From an uncultured delta proteobacterium (lineage in GTDB: Bacteria > Myxococcota_A > UBA9160 > SMWR01): 64,000 bases of DNA. Of this stretch, positions 20,717-30,758 are shown piece by piece (position 1 is the stretch's first letter; every line of letters begins with the position of its first letter). Location of the stretch: the NCBI GenBank assembly GCA_963832165.1, contig CAWHTE010000005.1:160001-224000 (forward strand). The letters are read 5' to 3'. The notes under the pieces are model-generated. The model was not told the origin of the DNA. It saw only the letters and a list, made by a program, of their open reading frames with translations, and made no database searches. The position numbers and the translations under genes are program-made.

Positions 20717-22261
20717 GTGCGACTCGATCCCGACGTCTGCTACCGCGCGATGTGCGCGCGTGATCCGCGCTTCGACGGGCGCTTCTTCGTGGCCGTGCGC
20801 ACCACCGGGATCTACTGCCGCCCGATCTGCTCCGCGCGTACGCCGCGGCGCCAGAACTGCCGCTTCGTCGCGTGCGCGGCCGCGGCCGAAGCCGCGGGAT
20901 ATCGCCCGTGCCGGCGCTGCCGCCCCGAGAGCGCACCCGGCACGCCGGCCTGGCTCGGCACGTCGGCCACCGTCGCGCGCGGGCTGCGCCTGATCGCCGA
21001 AGGAGCGCTCGACGCGGGCGGCGTCGGCGATCTCGCCGCACGGCTCGGGATTGGAGAGCGCCAGCTGCGCCGACTCTTCACGACCCATCTCGGCGCCGCA
21101 CCGCTCGCGATCGCGCGCACACGCCGCGTGCACTTCGCGGCCGCGCTGCTCGCGCAGACCGACTGGCCCGTGTCGCGCGTCGCGCTCGCGGCGGGATTCA
21201 CGAGCCTGCGCCGCTTCAACGAGGCCGTGCGCGAGACCTTCCAGCGCGCGCCGCGCGAGCTGCGCGCCGAGCGCCGGAAGGCGAACGCCGGCGCGCCTGC
21301 GGCGATCCGCCTGCCCTATCGCGCACCGTTCGACGCCGCGGGCCTGTTCGGCTATCTCGCCGCGCGCGCGGTGCCCGGCGTGGAGGTGATCGCAGAGGGT
21401 CGCGTGCGGCGCGCACTGCGCGTCGCGGGCCGACCCGTCGTCGTCGAAGTGAGCGCGCCCGCGGACGCGCGCGCTCTCGAGGTGAGAGCGGACGGAGCCG
21501 ATGCCACGCATTGGCTCGCGCTCGCGGAGCGCGTGCGATCGGTGTTCGATCTCGGCGCCGATCCCGGCGAGATCGGCCGCCACCTCGCCGCCGATTCCCT
21601 GTTGCGCGCGCGCGTGCGCAGCCGGCCCGGGGTGCGCGTGCCCGGCGCCTGGGACCCGTTCGAGATCGCGGTGCGGATCGTGCTCGGGCAGCAGGTCACC
21701 GTGGCGGGGGCGACGCGGCTCGCAGGGCGGCTCGCCGCGCGCTTCGGAGAGCGCCTGCCGGATGCGCTGATCGATTCCGAGCGCGGACCCACGCTGCTGT
21801 TTCCCGAGCCCGCTGCACTCGCCCACGCTGCGCTCGAGGAGATCGGCCTGACGCGCCAGCGCGCGGGGGCACTGCGCGCACTCGCCTCGGCCGTGGCGTG
21901 CGGAGATCTCGCGCTCGCGCCGGGGGCCGATCCCGACGCGGCGCGCGCAGCGCTGTTGGCGCTGCCGGGCATCGGACCGTGGACCGCCGAGCTCGTGCTG
22001 CTGCGCGCGCTAGGCGAGCCCGATGCGTTCCCGGCTGGCGACCTCGGCCTGCGCCACGCCCTCGACTGCGACGCGCGCGCGCTCGAGCAGCGCGCCGAGC
22101 GCTGGCGCCCGTGGCGCGCCTACGCCGCGATGCTCTTGTGGACCGCGCCACAGCCGCACCGCGCGGCGACGCTCACGAGCTCGGCACGGCTCAGCTGGGT
22201 GGCACCCAGTTCGGCGGCGGTGCGTGCGGCTCCACGGCGAGCAGCTCGAGGTCGTAGCTGA
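20717..22261 (+). CDS. alkA: Ada Zn-binding/AraC/AlkA fused DNA-3-methyladenine glycosylase
   Basis: FFVAVRTTGIYCRPIC, PCRRCRPE, HhH LPGIGPWTA, ERWRPWRAYA. Confidence 0.92.
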   Translation: MRLDPDVCYRAMCARDPRFDGRFFVAVRTTGIYCRPICSARTPRRQNCRFVACAAAAEAAGYRPCRRCRPESAPGTPAWLGTSATVARGLRLIAEGALDAGGVGDLAARLGIGERQLRRLFTTHLGAAPLAIARTRRVHFAAALLAQTDWPVSRVALAAGFTSLRRFNEAVRETFQRAPRELRAERRKANAGAPAAIRLPYRAPFDAAGLFGYLAARAVPGVEVIAEGRVRRALRVAGRPVVVEVSAPADARALEVRADGADATHWLALAERVRSVFDLGADPGEIGRHLAADSLLRARVRSRPGVRVPGAWDPFEIAVRIVLGQQVTVAGATRLAGRLAARFGERLPDALIDSERGPTLLFPEPAALAHAALEEIGLTRQRAGALRALASAVACGDLALAPGADPDAARAALLALPGIGPWTAELVLLRALGEPDAFPAGDLGLRHALDCDARALEQRAERWRPWRAYAAMLLWTAPQPHRAATLTSSARLSWVAPSSAAVRAAPRRAARGRS

Positions 22262-22922
22262 GCACGGCGCCGCCCGGAACCAGGCCGGGCCAACCACCCC
22301 ATCCGTAGCTCAGCGAGGGCGGACACACGACGTGCACGCGCGCTCCGGCCCCCACTCCCGCGAGCGCCTCCTGCCAGCAGCGCGTCGTCGTGCCGAGCTG
22401 CACGCGGTACGGCTCTTCGCCGCGATTGGAGTAGAAGACTTTGCCGTCGCGCAGCGTCCCGTGATAGTTGATCGTTACGAAGTCGAAGATCGACGGCGAC
22501 GGGCCCGACCCCGCCGCGATCACGCGCAGCACCATCCCGCTCTCGTTCTTCACGGCACCGGGCTCGCTCAGAGCCTGCTCGAGTGCGGACGCACCCTCGA
22601 CTTCCTCGCGCCGCGCGAGCTCCTGGAGCCGGCGCTCGTGGAACAGACTGACGTCCGTCGCGGTCTCTTCGGTTCGCACGCCCGCGTAGGGTATGAACAG
22701 CGAAGAGTCGCGTACGCCGCGCGTCACCTCGCGCACCTCGTCCTCGTCGAGGTGGTAGTCCTTCAGCTGGTCGCCGAGTGCCGAGCCGATCGCGTACAAC
22801 ACGCCGGGCTCGGCGCGCGGCAGCTCTTGGGCCTCTGCGCTCGCCCCCCCCGGCGGCGTGGGCCCGGCGCACGCGACGGCCGTGAACAACAGCGCGGACA
22901 TCGCGATCGGACGCGCGTTCAT
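22191..22922 (-). CDS. FKBP-type peptidyl-prolyl isomerase (Mip/FkpA-like lipoprotein)
   Basis: YAIG, VTINYHGTLRDG, CWQEAL, CPPSLSYG, VLSYDLELL. Confidence 0.85.
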   Translation of the reverse strand: MNARPIAMSALLFTAVACAGPTPPGGASAEAQELPRAEPGVLYAIGSALGDQLKDYHLDEDEVREVTRGVRDSSLFIPYAGVRTEETATDVSLFHERRLQELARREEVEGASALEQALSEPGAVKNESGMVLRVIAAGSGPSPSIFDFVTINYHGTLRDGKVFYSNRGEEPYRVQLGTTTRCWQEALAGVGAGARVHVVCPPSLSYGWGGWPGLVPGGAVLSYDLELLAVEPHAPPPNWVPPS

Positions 22923-23060
22923 GGTGGATCCCCCGCTTCGAAGGCCGATCCGTCGGTCGGCAGCGGAGAGTAACGGACCCACCCGCTCGATGGCGCACCC
23001 CGGAGTGGGCGGAGCTCTGTCTGCGGGGTAGGATCTGCGCCCGATCTCCAAGGAGGTGCT

Positions 23061-23582
23061 ATGCGACGGCAATCCCCGGACCGATCGATCCGACCTCGGC
23101 TCGCCGCGCCGATCCTCGTGTGCGCGATCGCGCTCGCGTCGATCGCGCTCGCGTGCGGCAGCGGCGAATCGCCCAGCCCGGACTCCGCAGCCACGCCCGG
23201 CGATCCCACGGCGGCGCCCGCGACGGATCCCGGGGCCGCACCCGCAGCACCGACGCCCGGTGAAGCGGCGGGCGAGGCCATCGCGAACGACGGGGTGATT
23301 CCGGAGGGCTACCCGAGCGATGTCCCGGTGTATCCGGGCGCGGCGCCCGGCCCCTCCATGACGATGGCGGGCCTCGGCGTGTTCGCGACATTCGAAAGTG
23401 ACGACTCGGTCGAGCAGATCCTCGAGCACTACCGGGGTGAGCTCTCGAAGGGCGGTTGGAGCGTCGCCGACGCACCCGACGGCGGCCTCGACGGCACCAA
23501 GGGGACCCGCTCGGTTCAGGTGCGTGCGCGCGAGAACGAGAACGGTCGCTCCGAGATCGCGGTGAACGTCTCCGAGGGGTAG
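23061..23582 (+). CDS. Hypothetical lipoprotein
   Basis: Lipobox IALAC; IPEGYPSDVPVYPGA..YRGELSKGGW. Confidence 0.65.
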   Translation: MRRQSPDRSIRPRLAAPILVCAIALASIALACGSGESPSPDSAATPGDPTAAPATDPGAAPAAPTPGEAAGEAIANDGVIPEGYPSDVPVYPGAAPGPSMTMAGLGVFATFESDDSVEQILEHYRGELSKGGWSVADAPDGGLDGTKGTRSVQVRARENENGRSEIAVNVSEG

Positions 23583-23588
23583 GACTCG

Positions 23589-24143
23589 TCAGCGCTCGAG
23601 CCGGAGCGCGAACGAGACGAGCGCCTCGCAGTCGAGGAACGTGAGTTCGACCTGACCCAGGCGCACGTCGTCGCCCGGGCTGAGCTCGGCCGCCGGTCCG
23701 TGGCCCTGCCGCGGGACCGAGTGGCCGTTCACCGTGGTGCCGTTCGTCGAGCCCGCGTCCTGCATCAGCCAGGCGCCGGTCGCACCTTCCTTCACGAAGG
23801 CGTGAAAGCGCGAGATGCTCACGTCGGGCACCACCACGTCGTTGTCGGGCGCGCGGCCGAGCGTGATCAGATGACTCGCTGACTTGCCGCTGCGCCGCAC
23901 CGGATACACCACGAGGGACAGGCTCGCGGTCGACTCCGCGCGCCGGACTCCGCTCTCGTCGAGCCGCACCTCGGTGATCGTGGGACGCGCCACCGAGAGG
24001 TCCGCCGCGGAGAGCAGCAGGAATGCGCGTCCGTAGCGCTCCTCGAACTCCGCGCGCGGAAGACTTCGCGCGTGGCCGTGCAGCTCGCGAATCGGCACGC
24101 CGCTGCCTCGCTCGATCGCTACGCCATTCGAACCCGAGCCCAT
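23589..24143 (-). CDS. FHA-domain protein
   Basis: LGRAPDND, SISRFHA, DAGSTNGTTVNG. Confidence 0.88.
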   Translation of the reverse strand: MGSGSNGVAIERGSGVPIRELHGHARSLPRAEFEERYGRAFLLLSAADLSVARPTITEVRLDESGVRRAESTASLSLVVYPVRRSGKSASHLITLGRAPDNDVVVPDVSISRFHAFVKEGATGAWLMQDAGSTNGTTVNGHSVPRQGHGPAAELSPGDDVRLGQVELTFLDCEALVSFALRLER

Positions 24144-24255
24144 GCGCACTGGTCCTCTTCGCTCTTCGCCTCGGAGGGTCCGGCGACGAGCTTGAGGACC
24201 GGCGTCACATCCGGGCGCAGCAGCGCGCAGCCTGGGCGCAGCAGCGCGGCGCAAG

Positions 24256-24987
24256 TCAGGCGCGCGGCGGCGGCCCGTCGATCGCGCGCTCGATCCCGTC
24301 GAAGAACTGCCACCACTGCGCCAGCGAGGTCTCGACGGCCGCGCGAATGCGGCGCTGGAGGTCTGCGCTGTCGGCGTGGCGAACCACCGCGTGATCGCCG
24401 ACTCCCGCGTGGTCGCGGTCGGCGATCTCGTGGATGTCCCAGAACGCGACCTGCTCGCGCGAGAGGCCGTAGTGTTTCTCGAGCGCACGCGCGAACGGTT
24501 CGAACGCACCCGGCACCTGCCCCTCGGCCGCGAGCGTGATCGCCGCGGCGCCCTCGATGTAGGACAGACTCCGCGTCGAGAGCTCGAACCAGTGGATCAG
24601 GGAGGCCGTGGACGGAAGCGGCGCTCCGCGCTCGAACGCGTCGCGCGGCAGGCCGGTCGCGGTGCCGAACAACAGGAACAGCTCGGGGTGCGGCATGTTG
24701 CAGCCCGAGATCCGTCCCGTCTCCTCTTCGTAGATGCTCTCGGCGAGCTCCATGCGCTGGTGCATGTCCGGGCAGCGCGTGTGCAGCCCGCTCACCGCGC
24801 GCGGGAACTCGCGCACCTGCAGGAAGAACTGGACCGCGAAACGCTGCAGACCGGCGCGATCGACACCGCCCTCGGCGATCCGGTGCCAGAGCGGATGCCC
24901 GCCGAAGCTGCGGCGGGATTCGATCAGCTCGCGCAGCGAGTCGGCGAACGCACGGGGGTCGAGGGCGGGGTCGGACACGGCGCGCAT
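24256..24987 (-). CDS. PqqC/TenA/CADD-like (heme-oxygenase-like) iron redox enzyme
   Basis: GHPLW, IYEEETG..HPELF, FWDIHEIADRDH. Confidence 0.8.
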   Translation of the reverse strand: MRAVSDPALDPRAFADSLRELIESRRSFGGHPLWHRIAEGGVDRAGLQRFAVQFFLQVREFPRAVSGLHTRCPDMHQRMELAESIYEEETGRISGCNMPHPELFLLFGTATGLPRDAFERGAPLPSTASLIHWFELSTRSLSYIEGAAAITLAAEGQVPGAFEPFARALEKHYGLSREQVAFWDIHEIADRDHAGVGDHAVVRHADSADLQRRIRAAVETSLAQWWQFFDGIERAIDGPPPRA

Positions 24988-25008
24988 TGTAACGCTACGT
25001 TCGCGCGC

Positions 25009-26217
25009 GTGCGCGCCGATCTCGACTTGAAGTCGCCCGCGGTCGCGCGCGATCCCTACCCCACCTTGGCGTGGCTGCGCGATCGCGAACCCGTTCACTG
25101 GAGCGAGGGCCTCGGCGCCTGGGTCGTCACGCGTTACGCCGACGTGCTCGAGATCTGGAACCGGCCCGACCTGTTCTCGTCGGACCGCTTCCGCAAGGTG
25201 CGCGCCGAGTTCACGAGCGAGCGCCCCGACGTGCGCGCGGTGGCCTCGGTGCTCTCGGAGTGGCTCGTGTTTCGCGATCCGCCCGATCACACGCGCCTGC
25301 GCGCGCTGCTGCAGAAGACGTTCACCCCGCGCCAGCTCGCGAGCAGCCGCGACCGGATCCAGGCCGCGATCGACGCGCTGATCGACGAGGCGCTCGCGAA
25401 GGGCGAGATCGACTTCGTATCGCAGTTCGCGTTTCCGCTGCCGGCGCTCGTGATCGCGCTGCTGCTCGGCGCCCCGAGCGCGGACATCGAGGCGATCAAG
25501 ACCTGGTCCGATCAGCTCGCGGCGTACCTCGGCGGGTCGGTGGACGGTCAGGACAACTTCACGCGCGCGCGCGCGGGCGTGGAAGGACTGGTCTCCTACT
25601 TCACGGACCTCTTGCGCGAGAAGCGGCGCAGCCCCGGCGAGGATCTGATCGGATTGATGCTGCGTGCCGAGCACGAGGGACACACGCTCGGCAGCGACGA
25701 GATCGTCTCGAACTGCGTGCTGCTGCTGTTCGCAGGGCACGAGACCACCACGAACCTGCTCGCGAACGGGCTCCTCCACCTGCTGTGCAACCCCGACGCC
25801 CGCGCGTTGCTGCGCGCGCACCCCGAGCTCGACGCGCCCGCGGTCGAGGAGCTGCTCCGGATCGAATCCCCCGTGCCCGCGACCGTGAAGGTCGCGACGC
25901 GCGATCAGAGCTTCGGCGGTGCGAGCCTGCGCGCGGGCGAGATGGTCCTGCCCTTTCTCTCGGCGGCCAATCGCGACCCGCGCCAGTTCGCAGACCCCGA
26001 TCGACTCGACCTCACGCGCTCCCCGAACCGCCATCTCGCATTCGGTTGGGGCATCCACTTCTGCCTGGGCGCCCCGCTCGCGCGCCTCGAGGCCTCGCTC
26101 GCGTTTCGCGCGCTGCTCGAGCGGATGCCCGCGCTCGCGCTCGTCGATACGGAGCCTCGGTGGCGGCCGTGGCTGTTCTTTCGCGCGCTCGAGGAGCTGC
26201 GCGTGCGTTCGGCCTGA
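25009..26217 (+). CDS. Cytochrome P450
   Basis: DPPDHTRLR, AGHETT, EELLR, FGWGIHFCLGAPLAR. Confidence 0.95.
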   Translation: MRADLDLKSPAVARDPYPTLAWLRDREPVHWSEGLGAWVVTRYADVLEIWNRPDLFSSDRFRKVRAEFTSERPDVRAVASVLSEWLVFRDPPDHTRLRALLQKTFTPRQLASSRDRIQAAIDALIDEALAKGEIDFVSQFAFPLPALVIALLLGAPSADIEAIKTWSDQLAAYLGGSVDGQDNFTRARAGVEGLVSYFTDLLREKRRSPGEDLIGLMLRAEHEGHTLGSDEIVSNCVLLLFAGHETTTNLLANGLLHLLCNPDARALLRAHPELDAPAVEELLRIESPVPATVKVATRDQSFGGASLRAGEMVLPFLSAANRDPRQFADPDRLDLTRSPNRHLAFGWGIHFCLGAPLARLEASLAFRALLERMPALALVDTEPRWRPWLFFRALEELRVRSA

Positions 26218-26230
26218 GATCCGCGCTGGC

Positions 26231-26704
26231 TCAGCGCCGGCGCAACCCGTAGCCAAGGCCCGCGAGACCGAGCAGCAGCAGCAGCGCCGTGTTGGGTTCG
26301 GGCACCACGATCGCCGAGAGACCCGCGCTCGCGTGTCCACCGCCGAGCTCGCCGCCGAACGGCGGCGCCAGTCCGAGCACGACCCCGGACGCCCCCTCCG
26401 GCAGCTCCACGTCCGTGGTGAGGTCCGGCGGGGCTTCGGGGATCTCTCCGCCCGGGAGCGGGTCCGGCGGACCCGGCGGAACGCCGAGATCGGGCGCGCC
26501 TTGCGGCGCAGCGGGATCGGGCAACACGAGCTCGAACGGCGGCGCGGCGACCGGGGGCGCCTCGGGCGGCGCGCTGATCTCGACCGGGCCGAGCGGCACG
26601 ACGGGCTGTGCGGGAACGGCAAGCGGCGGGCCGAAGCCCGCCGCGAGTGCGGCAGCGGGGACGAGAGCGACGCAGGTCAGCAGGAGCGACGGGCGCAGGT
26701 GCAC
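26231..26704 (-). CDS. Pro-rich PEP-CTERM sorting-domain protein
   Basis: Signal peptide; C-terminal VPEPNTALLLLLGLAGLGYGLRRR. Confidence 0.85.
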   Translation of the reverse strand: MHLRPSLLLTCVALVPAAALAAGFGPPLAVPAQPVVPLGPVEISAPPEAPPVAAPPFELVLPDPAAPQGAPDLGVPPGPPDPLPGGEIPEAPPDLTTDVELPEGASGVVLGLAPPFGGELGGGHASAGLSAIVVPEPNTALLLLLGLAGLGYGLRRR

Positions 26705-26976
26705 AGCGGGGGCCTCATTCCAGCGGGATTTGCTGCCAGGGATGTGGCGGTCTGCCCCGAGGCCGTGGCGAGAAATTTTCCGGCGCCCTGCGCGGACTAT
26801 CGGGTTTCTCCTTCACCTCGTTTTCGCCTCGCAGGTGTCTCTCGCGTGCGCAGAGCGCTTCCGGGGCCGCGCAACGGTGATCGGGGTCACATAAGTCGCG
26901 AGTTGTGAGGCCGATCACTCCCCCTGAACTCGCACAAAGCCCGGAGGAGGGAGGGCCCCATCAGGAGGTCCGCTCC

Positions 26977-27886
26977 GTGCGCATCGCGACGATGTCTCTG
27001 TTTCTGGCCGGGCTCTTAGCGGGTCCGGCCACTGCGACCGAGGTGATCTCGTTCGAAGAGATCCCGGCCCAGAATTCCGTCAGCTCCACGCTGAGCGAGG
27101 AGTACGCCCACCTGGGCGTCCACTTCTTCTCCACCGATGACGGGGGGATCTGGGACGGCATGAGCAACGGCGACCCGGGAGGCTGGGAGCTCGAGGGCAC
27201 GAACGGCCCCTCCTTCCTTGGCTTCCAAGGCCGCAGCTACCGGCTCGCGCTGACCTTCGACGCGCCCGTGCCCGCGTTCTCGGTCGACGTGGCGGCCGCG
27301 GCCGGCGCAACTCCGGGTGGCACGTTCGCGCTCGAGGGATACCTCGACGGGCGCGCTCGTCGAGCGCAACGCGGTGACGCTCGGTGGGCTCAACCAGTGG
27401 ATGACGGTCGCGCTCTCGGCCGAGGTCGACCAGGTGGTGTTCGTCGGCGACACGCGCGGCGCGCGCTACTTCGGCGCCGACAACGTCCACTGGGGTCTCG
27501 ACGCTCCCGAGGCTCCGCCGCGCCTCGACGTGATGATCGACGTGCGGCCCGACAGCGCGGAGAACCCGGTGAACCCGGGCGCCAACGGCCTGCTGCCGGT
27601 CGCGCTGCTCGGCTCCGATTCGCTCGACGTCACGTCGGTCGACCCCGACTCGCTCGCGCTGGGCGTGGGCGCCGCACCCGCGAAGAAGTACGAGATGTTC
27701 GACGCGAACGGCGATGGCTTCGTCGATCTCGTGGCGCACTACCACGTGCCCGCTACCGGCACCGCGTACGGCGACACGTCGATGTGCCTCACCGGCGCGA
27801 CGATGGACGGTGTTCCGCTCGCAGGCTGCGACGCGATCCGCACCGTTCCCCAGGCGCCGTCTGCGCAGAAGGCGCGCGGGCGCTGA
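26977..27886 (+). CDS. Secreted hypothetical protein with C-terminal DxNGDGxxD domain, frameshift near 27350
   Basis: Signal peptide, EVISFEE; IDVRPDS..NP..LPVALLGS, FDANGDGFVDLVAHY. Confidence 0.65.
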
Positions 27887-27891
27887 GACGC

Positions 27892-27928
27892 GCGCGGGGG
27901 CCGGGCTCGCACCAGCCGGCCCCCGCGC
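27892..27928 (+). terminator. GC-rich hairpin just after stop codon (no U-tract)
   Basis: gcgcgggggccgg...ccggcccccgcgc inverted repeat. Confidence 0.4.
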
Positions 27929-27999
27929 CAGCCCGCCTCGCTGGCTAAGCTACTCACGCCCGGACAGCGGGCGGAGGAAGTCGGCCTGCGAGGCGGGAC

Positions 28000-28744
28000 G
28001 TGGCGCAGCGGCGAAGTCGCCGCAGGAGAGTTCGGGCCTGTTTCGCGAGCGCTGTTTGCGCTCGCGATTGCTGCGACGCCACTCTTCGCCGCCTATCACG
28101 CGGTCGGCTGGCTGCCGCCGCTGCGAGCGGCCGACGTGCTCTTCGCGCTCGTGGGCGGGTGTCTGGGCGCGTGTGCGGCCGATCTCGTCACGGGCCTCGT
28201 GCACTGGGCGTGCGATACCTGGGGCGGCCCCGGCACGCGCTGGCTGGGACCCGGACTGATCCAGTCGTTTCGCGAGCATCACGACACCCCGCGCGCGATG
28301 CTCGACCACGACTGGGTCGAGGTGAATGGGCATCCGGCCGCCGCCGCGTGCGCGGCGTTCGCGCTGCTCACTCTGCCTCCCGTGCAGGACTGGCTCGCGG
28401 ATCGCACGTTCCTCGGCGCATTCGCGTGGACGCTCATCGTCACCGGGGCGCTCGCCAACCAGCTTCACAAGTGGTCGCACGCGCCCGACCCGCCGCGCTG
28501 GGTCAAGACCCTCCAGCGCACCGGCTGGATCCTGTCGCCCGGGCGCCACGCGCGTCACCACCGCGCCGGCCACACCACCGACTACTGCATCACGGGGGGC
28601 TGGCTCAACCCGATGCTCGACGCCACCGGCTTCTGGCGCGTGCTCGAGCGCGCCGTCACGCGCTTGACCGGCGCCGCGCCGCGCGCCGCGCAGCGCTGCT
28701 CTCCCGCTACTGTTCGATCGCACGAACGAGGCACAACCCGATGA
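28000..28744 (+). CDS. carF: CarF/TMEM189-family desaturase (plasmanylethanolamine desaturase-like), 5' frameshift
   Basis: GLVHWACDTWG, FREHH, NQLHKWSH, HARHH, YCITGGWLN histidine motifs. Confidence 0.85.
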
Positions 28745-29256
28745 AATTGGTGGAATGGCTCGCGAAGCAGGTGACCGACGATCCGCGCGCACTGCGCTGG
28801 TTCGCGGAGCCCGGCAGCGACGAGCGGATCGCGCGCGCGTACCGCGAGCTGCTCGCGGGCTACCAGATCGATCCCGCGTCGATCCTCAAGACGACCCGCA
28901 TGCTCGAGCCCGGTGAGCGCCCGGGCTCGGTGGAGGTGAACGAGATCGCCTTCTACTCGCTGTGTGCGCACCACTTCCTGCCCTTCTTCGGCGAGGTCGA
29001 CATCGCCTACGTGCCCGGGGACCGGATTCTCGGGCTCGGCAAGCTGCCGCGACTCGTCGATGCGCTGGCCCGCCGCTTCCAGATCCAGGAGGACCTCGTG
29101 CGCGAGGTGGCGCACGTGATGATGGAGCACGGCCGCGCGCGCGGCGTGCGCGTGCGCGCGCGAGCACAGCACCTGTGCATGTGCAGCCGCGGACCCGCGA
29201 GCCAATCGTCGATCACGCACACCGAGTTCGCGCTTGGCACGTTGGACGGCGGCTAG
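28741..29256 (+). CDS. folE: GTP cyclohydrolase I, short and divergent
   Basis: FYSLCAHHFLPFFG, IAYVP, FQIQE, HLCMCSRG. Confidence 0.8.
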   Translation: MKLVEWLAKQVTDDPRALRWFAEPGSDERIARAYRELLAGYQIDPASILKTTRMLEPGERPGSVEVNEIAFYSLCAHHFLPFFGEVDIAYVPGDRILGLGKLPRLVDALARRFQIQEDLVREVAHVMMEHGRARGVRVRARAQHLCMCSRGPASQSSITHTEFALGTLDGG

Positions 29257-30085
29257 CGCGGCCCTCGCGCTCGCGCTCGCCCTGCCCGCGCGCGGCGACG
29301 ACCGCGCGATCGCGTTCCGGCGCCACGGCGAGCCCGTCGCCACGCGCGATCTCGCTGCGCTCGAACAGATCACGCGCCCCGAGCGCCTGCGCGTGTTCGA
29401 GCCCTACGAGCAGCGCGAGATCGAGTTCAGCGCGCTGCGGTTCGAGCGCGTGCTCGACGCCCTCTACGGCGCGGAATGGCGCGTGGAAGACGAGCTCTTG
29501 TTTACGTGCCGCGACGGGTACCAGCCCACGGTGCCGGTCGCGCGCGTGCTCGCGCACGCGGCGTGGCTCGCGTTCGAGCGCGTCGGCTCGCCCGCGTTCA
29601 CGATCCGCAAGCGCGAGTCGGGGCGCGTGCAGGACGTCTCGCTCGCGCCGTTCTACCTGATCTGGGAGAACCTCGACGACACACAGGTGCGATCGGAGGG
29701 CGACTACGGCTGGCCCTATCAGCTCGTCGGCGTCGAGCTGATCCGCAGCCGCGACCGCTTCCCGCGGATGGCGCCGCCCGCGAGCTCGCCGCCGAAGGTG
29801 CACGAGGGCTTTGCCGCGTTCCGCGTCCACTGCAGCCGCTGCCATCCCGTCAACGGCGAAGGCGGCAAGATCGGTCCCGAGCTGAATGCGACGGCGGGCC
29901 CGGCCGGCCGGCGCGATCCCGCGTGGCTGCGCGATTGGATCGATGATCCGAGTCGGATCGCGCCCAACGCGCGCATGGAGCGGCTCAACCCCGCGCTGCC
30001 GAACCGCGAGGCCGTGATCGCATCGATCATCGCCTACCTCCAGGCGATGGTGGATTACCCGCGCGCGGAGTCGAAGCGTGACTAG
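29234..30085 (+). CDS. Periplasmic protein with C-terminal monoheme cytochrome c
   Basis: CSRCH..GGKIGPELN..W..P..M; N-domain FTCRDGY, WPYQLV. Confidence 0.8.
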   Translation: MARWTAASAALALALALPARGDDRAIAFRRHGEPVATRDLAALEQITRPERLRVFEPYEQREIEFSALRFERVLDALYGAEWRVEDELLFTCRDGYQPTVPVARVLAHAAWLAFERVGSPAFTIRKRESGRVQDVSLAPFYLIWENLDDTQVRSEGDYGWPYQLVGVELIRSRDRFPRMAPPASSPPKVHEGFAAFRVHCSRCHPVNGEGGKIGPELNATAGPAGRRDPAWLRDWIDDPSRIAPNARMERLNPALPNREAVIASIIAYLQAMVDYPRAESKRD

Positions 30086-30758
30086 CGCCGGCCCGTTCGA
30101 GGCCTTCTACGCGAGCGCGTGGCAGCACCCGCTCGCGCTCTGGGTGGCCGCGATCGCGGGCGGGCTCGTGTGCCTCTCGCGGCGCGATCTGCACGCGAGC
30201 GTGCGGCGCTACGGCCTCGCGCTCGTGGTGCTGTCGCTGCTCGACGCATGGCTCACGTCGACCCACGTGTACGGGATCGGCACGCTGCCGGGCCGTCTCG
30301 CGAGCTACGTGCCGCTGTTCTTCGTGCTCGCAGGCGATCTCCGCTATCTGCTGCTCTGGGAGACGGCGGCGCCCGACGGGCGGATCGCGCTCGCCCGGGG
30401 CATGCCGCTGCGGGCACTCGGCCTCACGTTGATCGTTCCGATCTTTGCGCAGATCGCCGCACCCGCGATCGCGCCCGGAAACACGCGCGTGCTGTTCTTC
30501 GTCTACGAGCTCGCGTTCTGCGCGCTCACGCTCGGGCTCTTGCGCTGGCACCCGAACGCGCGCGCACTGCCCTGGGTGCGCGCGGTGAGCCGCTTCGTGC
30601 TGCTCTACTACGGACTGTGGGCCACCGCCGACGCGATCCTTCTCGCGACGGGCACCGAACTCGGCTATGCGCTGCGCGTGATCCCGAACCTGCTCTACTA
30701 CGGCGGGCTGATCGGCGCGATCGCGTGGCTCGCGCCGGGCGCGGAACCCGCGCGCTGA
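30078..30758 (+). CDS. Hypothetical integral membrane protein
   Basis: Several hydrophobic segments; overlaps upstream stop. Confidence 0.7.
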   Translation: MTSAGPFEAFYASAWQHPLALWVAAIAGGLVCLSRRDLHASVRRYGLALVVLSLLDAWLTSTHVYGIGTLPGRLASYVPLFFVLAGDLRYLLLWETAAPDGRIALARGMPLRALGLTLIVPIFAQIAAPAIAPGNTRVLFFVYELAFCALTLGLLRWHPNARALPWVRAVSRFVLLYYGLWATADAILLATGTELGYALRVIPNLLYYGGLIGAIAWLAPGAEPAR

